Positions 1 through 9,473 of a stretch of DNA of 64,000 nucleotides are shown in pieces. Origin of the DNA: Schmidtea polychroa (lineage: Eukaryota); NCBI GenBank assembly GCA_044892525.1, contig CM097887.1, forward strand, positions 122,552,397 to 122,616,396, written 5' to 3'. A program made the translations under genes and the position numbers. The notes beneath the pieces are model-generated. The model did not search any database, was not told the DNA's origin, and saw nothing but the letters and a program-made list of their open reading frames with translations. Positions within the stretch are counted from its first letter, which is position 1, and the number at the start of each line of letters is the position of its first letter.

Positions 1-1
1 C

Positions 2-3000
2 TATAAGAGAGAAAAGAAAGTAAATTGGAAGTTGATAGTAGGTTTTCTACCATTTTTGGCAAAAACAATGGTGTTGCACGGTCATTCTAAAGACATACAT
101 AGAATAAAACGATTGATCAAAATACTGACAAAAATAAAAGGAACTGACGAGGAAGTCGGTAGACGATTTCGGAAAACAATGTATGATGAGGCAACGAGAG
201 CGCAACTGAAAAAGAACAAACCAAAATTCCTAGACAGATTTAGAAATCGATCAAACAGCAGCGATAGTGATGATGACGACAACGGGAATGACAAATACCC
301 ATATCCAAGTAGAAACCCGAATGAAAAGCCAATAGAAACAGCGCCATACTGGGAGAAAGAAAAAACAAATACCTGGATAGCCAACGGAAGTTATATACCA
401 CCGGATATCGTTGGACAACAAGCAGCGCTAACCATGACACAAAATATGTATCCACAGTTACCAAGTCAACCAGGTATGAACTATATGCCGACCCGAAGAA
501 CGAAAAGTGTAGACCAAGCGGACGACGTAAGAACGATAGCAGTGATGAGTTCACCAGGAGGTGCGGCAGTAACAGTCATGATCCAAATCAACGGGAAAGA
601 GACAAGCGCCATGATAGATACCGGAGCAAACGTATCAGCAATAGCAATAAACCAAATACCCAGTAAATGTTGGAAAGATATCGAACAAACAACTATCCAT
701 ATCATCGCATGCAGTAAAGAAACCGTAGACGTAGTAGGAAGATGGTGGACTACGTTACGATATCAGGATAACGAAATTGAAACGTATCTAGCGGTGATAC
801 CCAAACTGAGTGAACCATGTATAATCGGAACGGATTTAATGCCGGAATTGTTTAAGGAAGTAGTAATCGATTTAACAACAATGTGTCTAAAAGACAAAAT
901 GGGTAGAATATGCAAGATGAACGCAATAATTAGATGCCCGGAGAAAATAATTGTACCCGCAAAATCACAGATGATATGTCAAATAAAAGTGGATGCAGGA
1001 ATGGAAGGAGAAGTCATTTTTGAGCCAAGCAAATCATTCGAAAAACGACGAGAATTACCATTGGCAAGAGAAATAATAACAATAAATGAAGACGGGGAAA
1101 TACCAATTAACATCACAAATTTCGAGGAAGAAGACAAGATCATATATGAAAATGAAAGATTGGGTAGATTGACACCCATGATAGACATCGAATTACCAAA
1201 AATCACCAACGAAACAACGAAAGCGGACGAATTATGGATAATTGATAGCACCTTGCTAACGGAAAAAGAAAAGGAGAGACTTCAACAATTATTGATAGAA
1301 TATAAAGATATATTCGCAATTTCGGATTTAGATTTGGGAGCATGCGATGTTACACTACACGCAATACCATTAATAGACGAAACTCCAATCGCACTACGTC
1401 CATACAAACTAGCAGAGAAGCAAAAAGAGATAGCCGAGGCAGAAGTACAAAAAATGCTAGATGCACAAGTGATCGAACCAAGTTGTTCGCCATGGCAATT
1501 TCCAGTAGTCATGGTGAAGAAAAAAGATGGTACTCAGAGATTCTGTATCGATTATCGGAAACTAAATGCAGTAACAAAAAGAGACACATACCCATTACCA
1601 GACATCAATGAGATGTTACTTATGTTACAGGGGGCCGCATATTTTACATCTTTAGATCTGAAAAGTGGATATTGGCAGATCAAAGTCAAGGAGGAAGACA
1701 AAGAGAAAACAGCATTCACATTGGGCCGAGATCTATACCAATTCAGGAAAATGCCGTTCGGACTGACCAATGCCCCAGCATCATTCCAGAGATGTATGAA
1801 TTTTGTCACACACGGGATCAAGCAATGTATGGTATATATTGATGATTTATTAATATATTCAGCAACTTTCGAACAACATTTGGAGGACATTAGAAACGTG
1901 TTCATCCGATTACGACAATGGAAACTGAAACTTAAACCATCCAAATGTGATTGGGCAAAAGAAAAAGTTACGTTCTTAGGACACATAGTGTCAGCAAAAG
2001 GCAAAGAACCAGATCCAAGAAACATAGAAAAAATAAAAACATGTCCAGCACCAAAAACTGTCACCCAAGTTCAAGAATTTCTCGGATTATGCGGATATTA
2101 TCGAAAATTCATCAAAAACTATGCAGGCATTGCGAAACCAATACAAGAATTAGTGAAAAAGGATATTTCATTTATTTGGGGTGCAGAACAACAAAAAGCG
2201 TTTGAGACATTGCGAGATAAATTAATTGAAGCCCCAATACTAGTACATCCTGATTTCAAGAAACCGTTCTTATTAGCAACAGATGCAAGTGGATATGCAG
2301 CCGGAGCAATATTGGGACAACTCGACGAGGAAGGGAAAGAAAGAGTGATTGGATACTACAGTAGAACGTTTAAAAAGCACGAGAAAAACTATTCCGTAAC
2401 CGAGAGAGAAGCGTTAGCAATCATACAAGCAATTAAACATTTTCGATATTTGTTATGGGGACACGAAATATGTATCACCACGGATCATCAACCATTAGTA
2501 TGGCTTGGTCAACACAAAGAAGCTTCAAGTAGATTGATGCGATGGGCAATGCAGTTACGAGAATATTCACCGTTCATAAAATTCAAAGCGGGAAGAGCGA
2601 ATGCCAATGCGGATTGTATGTCCAGATTTATCTTTCCAGATTTGGTAGATCACGAAATGCAACGAATATGTCTGATGGTAGCAGAAGATTTAGATTTTTG
2701 CCAATTACGGAAAGACCAACAAGAGGATACAGAGTTGAAGCAAATCATTGAATATGTGAAAACAGGGAAAGCAGAGGTATATGAGAAAGATCAAAAATTG
2801 AAGGAGCATATGGATAAACATCGACATCGATATATTATCGAGAAGGACTGGTTATTGATAATGGATGGCGAGAAAAGACTGATGTGCATTCCCGAGAATA
2901 GACGTAAAGATCTACTAACACAATACCATGACGGAAGACTCGGAGGACATATGTCATCTAAAAAGACGTTGGCACGAATGAAACAAAAATATTTTTGGCC

Positions 3001-5698
3001 TACATTGACCGAGGATGTAACGGAATGGGTGAAAAATTGCATAACTTGCGCAACCAGAAAAAACACGGGAACAAAATGGAAGGCACCATTAAAACCAATG
3101 CCAGTACCAGCAGAACCAATGACTATGATATCTATGGATGTAGTCGGTCCATTACCAGAATCAGATAGAGGGAATATATATATATTGGTGATTACGGATT
3201 ATTTGACGAAATTCCCCGAAGCATTCGCAATGGCAGATCAGAAAGCAAGAACAATCGCAAAAATACTAGTAGAGGAGATATGCTGTCGATATGGAACACC
3301 GAAACGGATATTAACCGATCAAGGGACAAATTTCATGAGCGAAATAATGAGCGAAGTCACCAACTACTTCAAGATCGCAAAATTAAGAACATCACCGTAC
3401 CATCCACAAACTAATGGTATGACAGAAAGATTCAATGGAACACTGATTCAAATGTTATCAAATTATGTCGATCGTCATCAACGAGACTGGGATGAATATA
3501 TAAAATTATGTCTAATGGCTTACAGAATGTCGATTCACGCGTCCACAAAGATGAGTCCGTTCAAGTTGATGTACGGCAGAGAATGCAATATGCCAATGGA
3601 TTTAGAATATCAGCCACCAATATCACAATACATGGAAATAGACGATTATGTAACCAAGTTCAAGGAAAGAATGCAGGAAATCTGGGAAACTGCAGGATTG
3701 AATATAAAATTTTATCAAGAAAGTTACAAAGATCTACATGATAGAAAGAAAAACGTCAAACAGCATACGTTTCAAACAGGCGATTGGGTGATGATCGAAA
3801 CACCAGAATTAATTCCAGGAACCACCAAAAAATTACAACGAAACGGTAAAGGGCCGTATGAGATTCTATTCGTCGGAGAAACTAATGTAAGAGTACGATT
3901 AATGAACAACCCTTTTACAAGACCAATATACGTAAATGTTGCACGATGTAAGCCAATTCCGAAAACCGCCACCAGTCAGCCAGAAGGACGTACATTAACG
4001 ACAAGATCACAAACGTATAGAATAAACATGTTACAGCAGATAAACGAACCAACAGGTAATCGATTAGGGTTACAACCATCAGAAGCCGAGAAAATCATAA
4101 AGGAAGTAAAAGTTAAAATGCCCGGATGGGCAGAAGACAGATTAGATTTTGAGATATTGGGAGGTCTGCTAACAATGATCGAAAATTATGCAAACCGAGA
4201 AAGAACACACCCATTACTCAGGGTAGTAAAAAGTCAATGGCCTATATTATTTACGATCACAGACCACTATGGAGATACACCGCTGCACAAACTTTTAAAG
4301 GTCGGGAATAATGAACAAATACTGGAAACGATCGAAGCATTTCGCGATTGTAACATTTCGACGGATCAAGAAAACAACCAAGGTTACACCCCACTAATGA
4401 TAGCAGCCAATCGGGATAAAGCTAAAGATATTATCATCGCATTACTTGAAACTGGGTCAAAGATAACCACACAAGACCACAACCAGAAAAATGCACTACA
4501 TCATGCAATCGAAGGGAAAAGTACGGAAGCCTTCATAATCTTAGTAGATCTATTATCATATGAGGATAATAGGGAGATAGGAAACATGTATGACGGGTTA
4601 TTAACTGCAATCAAAGAGAAATTAATAACAATTACTGGAATACTAATTGCGTGGAGGAACCCGATCAAAAACGATTATATGGTAGATATAAACGAAACAT
4701 TTACCAAAGGAGAAAACACCTTGATGAGAGAAGCGATGAGAGGACATCACCTATTCGAAATTCCAAAACAACTACTACAACGTGGCATAAAGTTCTCAAA
4801 TCACAAAGACGAACAACTAATCAGAAAACGAATTACCAACTTAGAAAAAGCTATATCTCAATTTACCGATAAAGTACAAGTAAAATTTTGGGAAACCGTG
4901 AGTGTTTTACATATGATGGAAACTATGAACAACATTCGAGAAAACTACCTAAGTATTATTCAAGTTCTAACGGCAGAGGAACGCATTAACAGTTCGAACA
5001 AGAAAAAGATAAAAATAAAGAAAGTAAAAGCAAGAGAGTCTGAGGAACAAGTCGATCAAACAATAACCGATATAGCAACAACAAGTAAACCAAAGACAAT
5101 AAACTCCGACCAAGAGATAGTAGTACGTAAGGCTAAAGAGGTATTCTTTGAAGAAATGCAAGATCTATCCGATGAAGCGATACTATCAAAAATAACAAAA
5201 ACAGTACACACCTACGCAAGAGACCAGACCACAAATCTAGACATAGAAAAAATAAAAACATTTATACCACTAGCATTCACCTTACCAACAAAAGATTCAA
5301 GAACACCATTACAACAAGCCATTTTAGCAGCAAAAGAAAACAGAGCAATAACCATCATAAGAATCCTCAGGGACTTCGGAGAAGAATCTAATGCAAAAAA
5401 TGAACAAGGAGAAACGGCAATGATGTATGCAGCAATAACAAAGATACACCCGAAAACCTTACATATACTACATCAATCAGGTTCGAGACTGGATGAAATA
5501 TCAAACGAAGGAAATTCTACCATGGATTGGGCAACAATACAACCAAACTTGGAAATGATTAGATTCATTTGTAAAAATGCTACAAGAGCTGAGGTAGAAA
5601 ATATCTGTAAAAACACGTCACAGTTCCAATGGAACGATACGGATGAACTTAGAAGCTATGAAGTTATTGCTAACATGGAGAATACCACAAAGCAATAA
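2..5698 (+). CDS. pol: Retrotransposon polyprotein: aspartic protease, reverse transcriptase, RNase H, integrase, plus C-terminal ankyrin repeats (5'-truncated by the window edge)
   Basis: Frame is open from position 2 (the track's start at 32 is TTG). Protease SAMIDTGANVS (DTG at 617-625); RT RFCIDYRKLN, MPFGL and YIDD (1835-1846); RNase H LATDASG, EREALAI, TDHQPL; integrase HDGRLGGH...CITC, MDVVGPLP, TDQGTNF, ERFNGTL, GPY; ankyrin-like GDTPLH, GYTPLMIAA, QKNALHHA, RTPLQQA, GETAMMYAA. Confidence 0.97.
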   Translation, partial: YKREKKVNWKLIVGFLPFLAKTMVLHGHSKDIHRIKRLIKILTKIKGTDEEVGRRFRKTMYDEATRAQLKKNKPKFLDRFRNRSNSSDSDDDDNGNDKYPYPSRNPNEKPIETAPYWEKEKTNTWIANGSYIPPDIVGQQAALTMTQNMYPQLPSQPGMNYMPTRRTKSVDQADDVRTIAVMSSPGGAAVTVMIQINGKETSAMIDTGANVSAIAINQIPSKCWKDIEQTTIHIIACSKETVDVVGRWWTTLRYQDNEIETYLAVIPKLSEPCIIGTDLMPELFKEVVIDLTTMCLKDKMGRICKMNAIIRCPEKIIVPAKSQMICQIKVDAGMEGEVIFEPSKSFEKRRELPLAREIITINEDGEIPINITNFEEEDKIIYENERLGRLTPMIDIELPKITNETTKADELWIIDSTLLTEKEKERLQQLLIEYKDIFAISDLDLGACDVTLHAIPLIDETPIALRPYKLAEKQKEIAEAEVQKMLDAQVIEPSCSPWQFPVVMVKKKDGTQRFCIDYRKLNAVTKRDTYPLPDINEMLLMLQGAAYFTSLDLKSGYWQIKVKEEDKEKTAFTLGRDLYQFRKMPFGLTNAPASFQRCMNFVTHGIKQCMVYIDDLLIYSATFEQHLEDIRNVFIRLRQWKLKLKPSKCDWAKEKVTFLGHIVSAKGKEPDPRNIEKIKTCPAPKTVTQVQEFLGLCGYYRKFIKNYAGIAKPIQELVKKDISFIWGAEQQKAFETLRDKLIEAPILVHPDFKKPFLLATDASGYAAGAILGQLDEEGKERVIGYYSRTFKKHEKNYSVTEREALAIIQAIKHFRYLLWGHEICITTDHQPLVWLGQHKEASSRLMRWAMQLREYSPFIKFKAGRANANADCMSRFIFPDLVDHEMQRICLMVAEDLDFCQLRKDQQEDTELKQIIEYVKTGKAEVYEKDQKLKEHMDKHRHRYIIEKDWLLIMDGEKRLMCIPENRRKDLLTQYHDGRLGGHMSSKKTLARMKQKYFWPTLTEDVTEWVKNCITCATRKNTGTKWKAPLKPMPVPAEPMTMISMDVVGPLPESDRGNIYILVITDYLTKFPEAFAMADQKARTIAKILVEEICCRYGTPKRILTDQGTNFMSEIMSEVTNYFKIAKLRTSPYHPQTNGMTERFNGTLIQMLSNYVDRHQRDWDEYIKLCLMAYRMSIHASTKMSPFKLMYGRECNMPMDLEYQPPISQYMEIDDYVTKFKERMQEIWETAGLNIKFYQESYKDLHDRKKNVKQHTFQTGDWVMIETPELIPGTTKKLQRNGKGPYEILFVGETNVRVRLMNNPFTRPIYVNVARCKPIPKTATSQPEGRTLTTRSQTYRINMLQQINEPTGNRLGLQPSEAEKIIKEVKVKMPGWAEDRLDFEILGGLLTMIENYANRERTHPLLRVVKSQWPILFTITDHYGDTPLHKLLKVGNNEQILETIEAFRDCNISTDQENNQGYTPLMIAANRDKAKDIIIALLETGSKITTQDHNQKNALHHAIEGKSTEAFIILVDLLSYEDNREIGNMYDGLLTAIKEKLITITGILIAWRNPIKNDYMVDINETFTKGENTLMREAMRGHHLFEIPKQLLQRGIKFSNHKDEQLIRKRITNLEKAISQFTDKVQVKFWETVSVLHMMETMNNIRENYLSIIQVLTAEERINSSNKKKIKIKKVKARESEEQVDQTITDIATTSKPKTINSDQEIVVRKAKEVFFEEMQDLSDEAILSKITKTVHTYARDQTTNLDIEKIKTFIPLAFTLPTKDSRTPLQQAILAAKENRAITIIRILRDFGEESNAKNEQGETAMMYAAITKIHPKTLHILHQSGSRLDEISNEGNSTMDWATIQPNLEMIRFICKNATRAEVENICKNTSQFQWNDTDELRSYEVIANMENTTKQ

Positions 5699-7253
5699 AT
5701 ATGCAATAAATATAAATGAGTTCTACGAAAACGGAGAAAATGCTATGGTTAAAAATACACTAACAAAAGGAGGAACTCCGAAAATCATAATGATCGTATT
5801 AAACAGGGAAGATCTCAAATTCACGCAGAATCTAAACGAACAAAAGCGAATCGGGAAACATCGTCGGATACAATTAAGAGAATTAGTGAAAGAATGGAAT
5901 AGAAAGAGACATGTAGCAACAGGCAGAAAGGAGTTCGAATTCGAAGCAAAATTAGCAAGAAACAGAGTGCTAACGGCATACCGCAGATTGTTGAATGATA
6001 TAAATGTCGAGGACGACATTTTAAACGATAGCGGGGGAGATAAAGACGATAAAGACGACGATAATAATGAAAAAGGTCGAAACGGGAATAAAGAGAAAGA
6101 GAAATCAGAGGAGAATAATCAAGAAAATAACGACGCGAGTAGGAAAAAAGAGGAAAATAACCCGAGAAACCGAATAAAGCAAGAAGAAAAGACGAATAGT
6201 GGAAAACAGAGGGTATGCCTACTTTTTACCAACAAAGAAATGGAGACAAATATGATGATAATGATACTCGTATTAACAATGGTGGAAATGATAACAGCCC
6301 AGGGAGGAATGAGAACGATAAAAGAAGCCAAAGAAACGGAAAATAAGGACAACAAAGAAGAAGAACTAAAACAAGAAAAGAAAAAACAAGTACAAGAGCA
6401 GCAATGGGATCTAAAAGAAGAATGGGATTTAAAAGAAAGGTGTATATTAGGAAGATGTATGTCTAGAGCTTATCAGAGACTAGTGTTAAAAAATGAAGAT
6501 GCAGAACCAATAACGGAAGTAAGAATACAAGAAGCATACCGAAATCGAGACGGAAAGAGAATAACGAAAGTCAAAGGGAAGGAGGTACACCTGGGAAAAG
6601 GAGGTGAGGTAGTGATAACGCAACTCCAGCCAAGAAAAGAACACAAAGTCTGCATTGCAAGATTAAGACCGGGTGAAGACTGTCTACAATATGTAATACA
6701 GCAACAACCTCCAAAAGAATACACAATATGCATCTGGAGAAAAGATACAGCGAGAGAATGTCGACGATACCCTGGGAAAAGAGGGAGGAAAAGAAAAATC
6801 AATGATGAAAAAGATGAGCAAGGAAAACGCAAGAAAAACAGTGAGAAACATCAAGACAATTATGTATCCGAGGAGGAGATGGAGAAAATACAAAAAATGG
6901 CAAAGGAAGGTATGAACGAGGAAATAGCAAGAATACGAGGAATGATGAAAGGAAATGGCAAAGAAGGTAATCTAAAAAGCACAGAAGCAATATCAACAAT
7001 AACGAACAAGGAAAAAGCGGAAATTATAAGCGTAAAACAGATGATGTGGATCAGCGGCATAATAATAACAGGGGCCTTTTTAATCATAACGGGGGGGACA
7101 ATAAAAATAATCAAAGATAGACGGCATCGCGGAGAACTAGAAATGGCCAGAATAAGAAATTTTCAACATCGTGTAAAACGACCAAGTAATATCAAGCAGG
7201 AACAGTGGGTGGAGGCCTGGAATGCTCAGCGCCCTCCAAGCTCACGTATATAG
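5643..7253 (+). CDS. ORF2: N-terminus continues the ankyrin array of pol; the C-terminal part (from ATG 6240) resembles a type I membrane protein
   Basis: LLLTWRIPQSNKYAININEFYENGENAM matches ILIAWRNPIKNDYMVDINETFTKGENTL in pol. Hydrophobic MMIMILVLTMVEMITA, a six-Cys region, TM-like WISGIIITGAFLIITGGTI and a basic tail. Confidence 0.75.
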   Translation: MNLEAMKLLLTWRIPQSNKYAININEFYENGENAMVKNTLTKGGTPKIIMIVLNREDLKFTQNLNEQKRIGKHRRIQLRELVKEWNRKRHVATGRKEFEFEAKLARNRVLTAYRRLLNDINVEDDILNDSGGDKDDKDDDNNEKGRNGNKEKEKSEENNQENNDASRKKEENNPRNRIKQEEKTNSGKQRVCLLFTNKEMETNMMIMILVLTMVEMITAQGGMRTIKEAKETENKDNKEEELKQEKKKQVQEQQWDLKEEWDLKERCILGRCMSRAYQRLVLKNEDAEPITEVRIQEAYRNRDGKRITKVKGKEVHLGKGGEVVITQLQPRKEHKVCIARLRPGEDCLQYVIQQQPPKEYTICIWRKDTARECRRYPGKRGRKRKINDEKDEQGKRKKNSEKHQDNYVSEEEMEKIQKMAKEGMNEEIARIRGMMKGNGKEGNLKSTEAISTITNKEKAEIISVKQMMWISGIIITGAFLIITGGTIKIIKDRRHRGELEMARIRNFQHRVKRPSNIKQEQWVEAWNAQRPPSSRI

Positions 7254-7421
7254 AAAGGATTATGACTGTATATAGATTGTAAAAAGTAAGTAGGTAATAT
7301 TTATTTATATAACAGTATTCTATATTTTTATATAAGCGCGGTATCAATAGTATATAATGATGGGGATAATTAATATGAAAATAAAATTAGATAAGGATTG
7401 AAAAGTATATATAAATTAAGA

Positions 7422-7781
7422 ATGGAGCGAATAGGCGAGGAAGTAAATCACAGTACAACAACCGAGGAGATGTGGAAACAACAATGTGCAATGTTAACTC
7501 AAGTGATTTCGAATTTACAGGAACAAGGACTCGCTGTACAAAGAAGCTTAGTCGAAAGTTTAAATAAAGGCTTCAGTTATGTAAGAATAATCGAAGATCA
7601 ACGAATAAAAATAGAACAAATGCAGCGAGAGATAGACCGAATATCACGATACAGCCAGGTGCAAGAAGAGGAGTTAATAAGAATCGCGGAAGAGATGGAG
7701 CGAGAGGAGATAGAAGACTGGTCAGAATGGTTAACCAGCAGGGAAGAGGGCGGACAAGAGGCCGACTCTTCCAGCCAATAA
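7422..7781 (+). CDS. Small acidic coiled-coil accessory protein (119 aa from ATG 7422)
   Basis: Open frame with the element's A-rich codon bias, Q/E-rich helical sequence, flanked by AT-rich spacers. The track start at 7398 is TTG; the first ATG is at 7422. Confidence 0.7.
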   Translation: MERIGEEVNHSTTTEEMWKQQCAMLTQVISNLQEQGLAVQRSLVESLNKGFSYVRIIEDQRIKIEQMQREIDRISRYSQVQEEELIRIAEEMEREEIEDWSEWLTSREEGGQEADSSSQ

Positions 7782-7870
7782 ATATAACCTAAAATAGCAA
7801 TGTAAATAACTGTAAATAAAAATACGAAACTGTACCAGTAACGAATATATGTATATATATAATTATAGAA

Positions 7871-9258
7871 ATGGATAAGCGACAACGAGAAGAATTCAAA
7901 GAAATTGTTGAACAAATCAGAAAGTCCACCACAATTCGAATACACAACCATGTAACGTGTGGAATATGCAAGAGCTTATTAAGAGAACCTCACCAAACCA
8001 GATGTGGATGCAGAATGTGCAGAGAATGTGTAGAGGAGATAATAAAGAAGGGACCACAATGGTGCCCAGTATGCAAAGAAACAATGATAACAAGTTTGGG
8101 AGATACAAACGAAGATAAAGCAGCTGTAAAAGATATGTCGAATGCAAACCTAGGATGTAAAAACACCCATGTAATTGGCGAGGAGTGATATGGGAAGTGA
8201 GGCAACATATGGAGCAATGTGAATATAAAATCAGTCAATGCAAACGTTGCCAAGAAGAGATTAAAGTCAATGAAGAAGCAGAACATCAAAGTCGATGCGA
8301 AGAAAGACTGGAGAAATGTGAGTATTGCGGAGAAACCGACACCTGGAAAAAACTAATCAGTCAACATCACAACATACAAGAGGAGAAAGTGTGCGCAGAA
8401 TTCAGAGGAGAATGTCCCAATAAATGCGATAAACCCGGAGTAATAAAACTCGCTCAACATCTGAAAGAATGTGAAAGGAAAAAGATAAGGTGTGTGTTAG
8501 GAAAATGGGGATGTCAGAAACAATTACACCGAGGGGAATTACCCCAACATCTAGCAGAAAACGTATCAACACACGCGGAAATATGGTCAACGGTATTACA
8601 AGAAAACGAAAGGAAAACCGAAAACTTAGAAAGAGAAATAGTCTCGCTAAAAGCGTTGGTAAAGGAACTATTGGAAGAAAAGGAAGCATTTGAAGAGGCG
8701 AGAACAAGTACAAAGATACAGACAAATCTAGTAGAAACTAGCAACATTATGGTGAAAGAACTACATCAAAAAGTAAGCGAATTAAACCTCAACGAATTAA
8801 TACCTACGGCTCCATACATATGGAAAATAACGGGAGTAAAAGAGAAGATGCAGAGAGCGAGAAATGGAAAGGATACAACCTTACTAAGTCCAGCATTCTA
8901 CTCATGGAAAAACGGGTATAAAATGAAAATGAAAGCATACCCCAATGGGGATGGAAGTGCATACGGAACGCATTTCTCAGTATTCTTCTTGATGTGCAAA
9001 GGGCCATACGACGAGTTAATAGAATGGCCATTCAAAGCAAAAATAGACCTCGCAATGATGAACTATCAAAGTATACATGAACAGAGTTTCCATACAGCGG
9101 GAAACCTCGTATGTTACCAAAGGCCCTTGGAAGAAGAAGGACCAGCAACTGGAGCACCAAATTTCATCCTACAGCGGAAAGTAGAAGACATGACGAGAAA
9201 CGACACTATATACATAAAAATAGCGGTGAGGCGAGACGGGAAGAGTAGGACTGAGTAG
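7871..9258 (+). CDS. TRAF-family protein (RING, TRAF zinc fingers, coiled coil, MATH/TRAF-C), intronless, split by a 1-nt frameshift near 8160-8170
   Basis: RING CGIC...QTRCGCRMCREC...CPVC in 7871-8188. In the other frame PCNWRGVIWEVRQH, then C/H zinc fingers, a coiled coil and MATH motifs YIWKI, SPAFYS..GYKM, YPNGDG..GTHFSVFF..KGPYD..EWPF, YQRP. Confidence 0.92.
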
Positions 9259-9473
9259 AGAGACGAATAATTTTGTATATACTAATTGTAAATATCGGCG
9301 TATATATCCAGTAAAATATTATATAATAGTGTAGAAAACCCCAAATCTACCAAAGGTAAACTTAAGCGAAAAACTCCTAAAACAACTCCTATAACGAATT
9401 ATAAAAATAAATAAATAATAAACCAGATATAAGCGTACAACGTTAAGTTAATGATATCGTTATTTAGACAAAG

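Noticed and set aside
1-600. Gag zinc knuckle, primer-binding site and 5' LTR
   Set aside because: Not visible; they would lie upstream of the window, so nothing is claimed.
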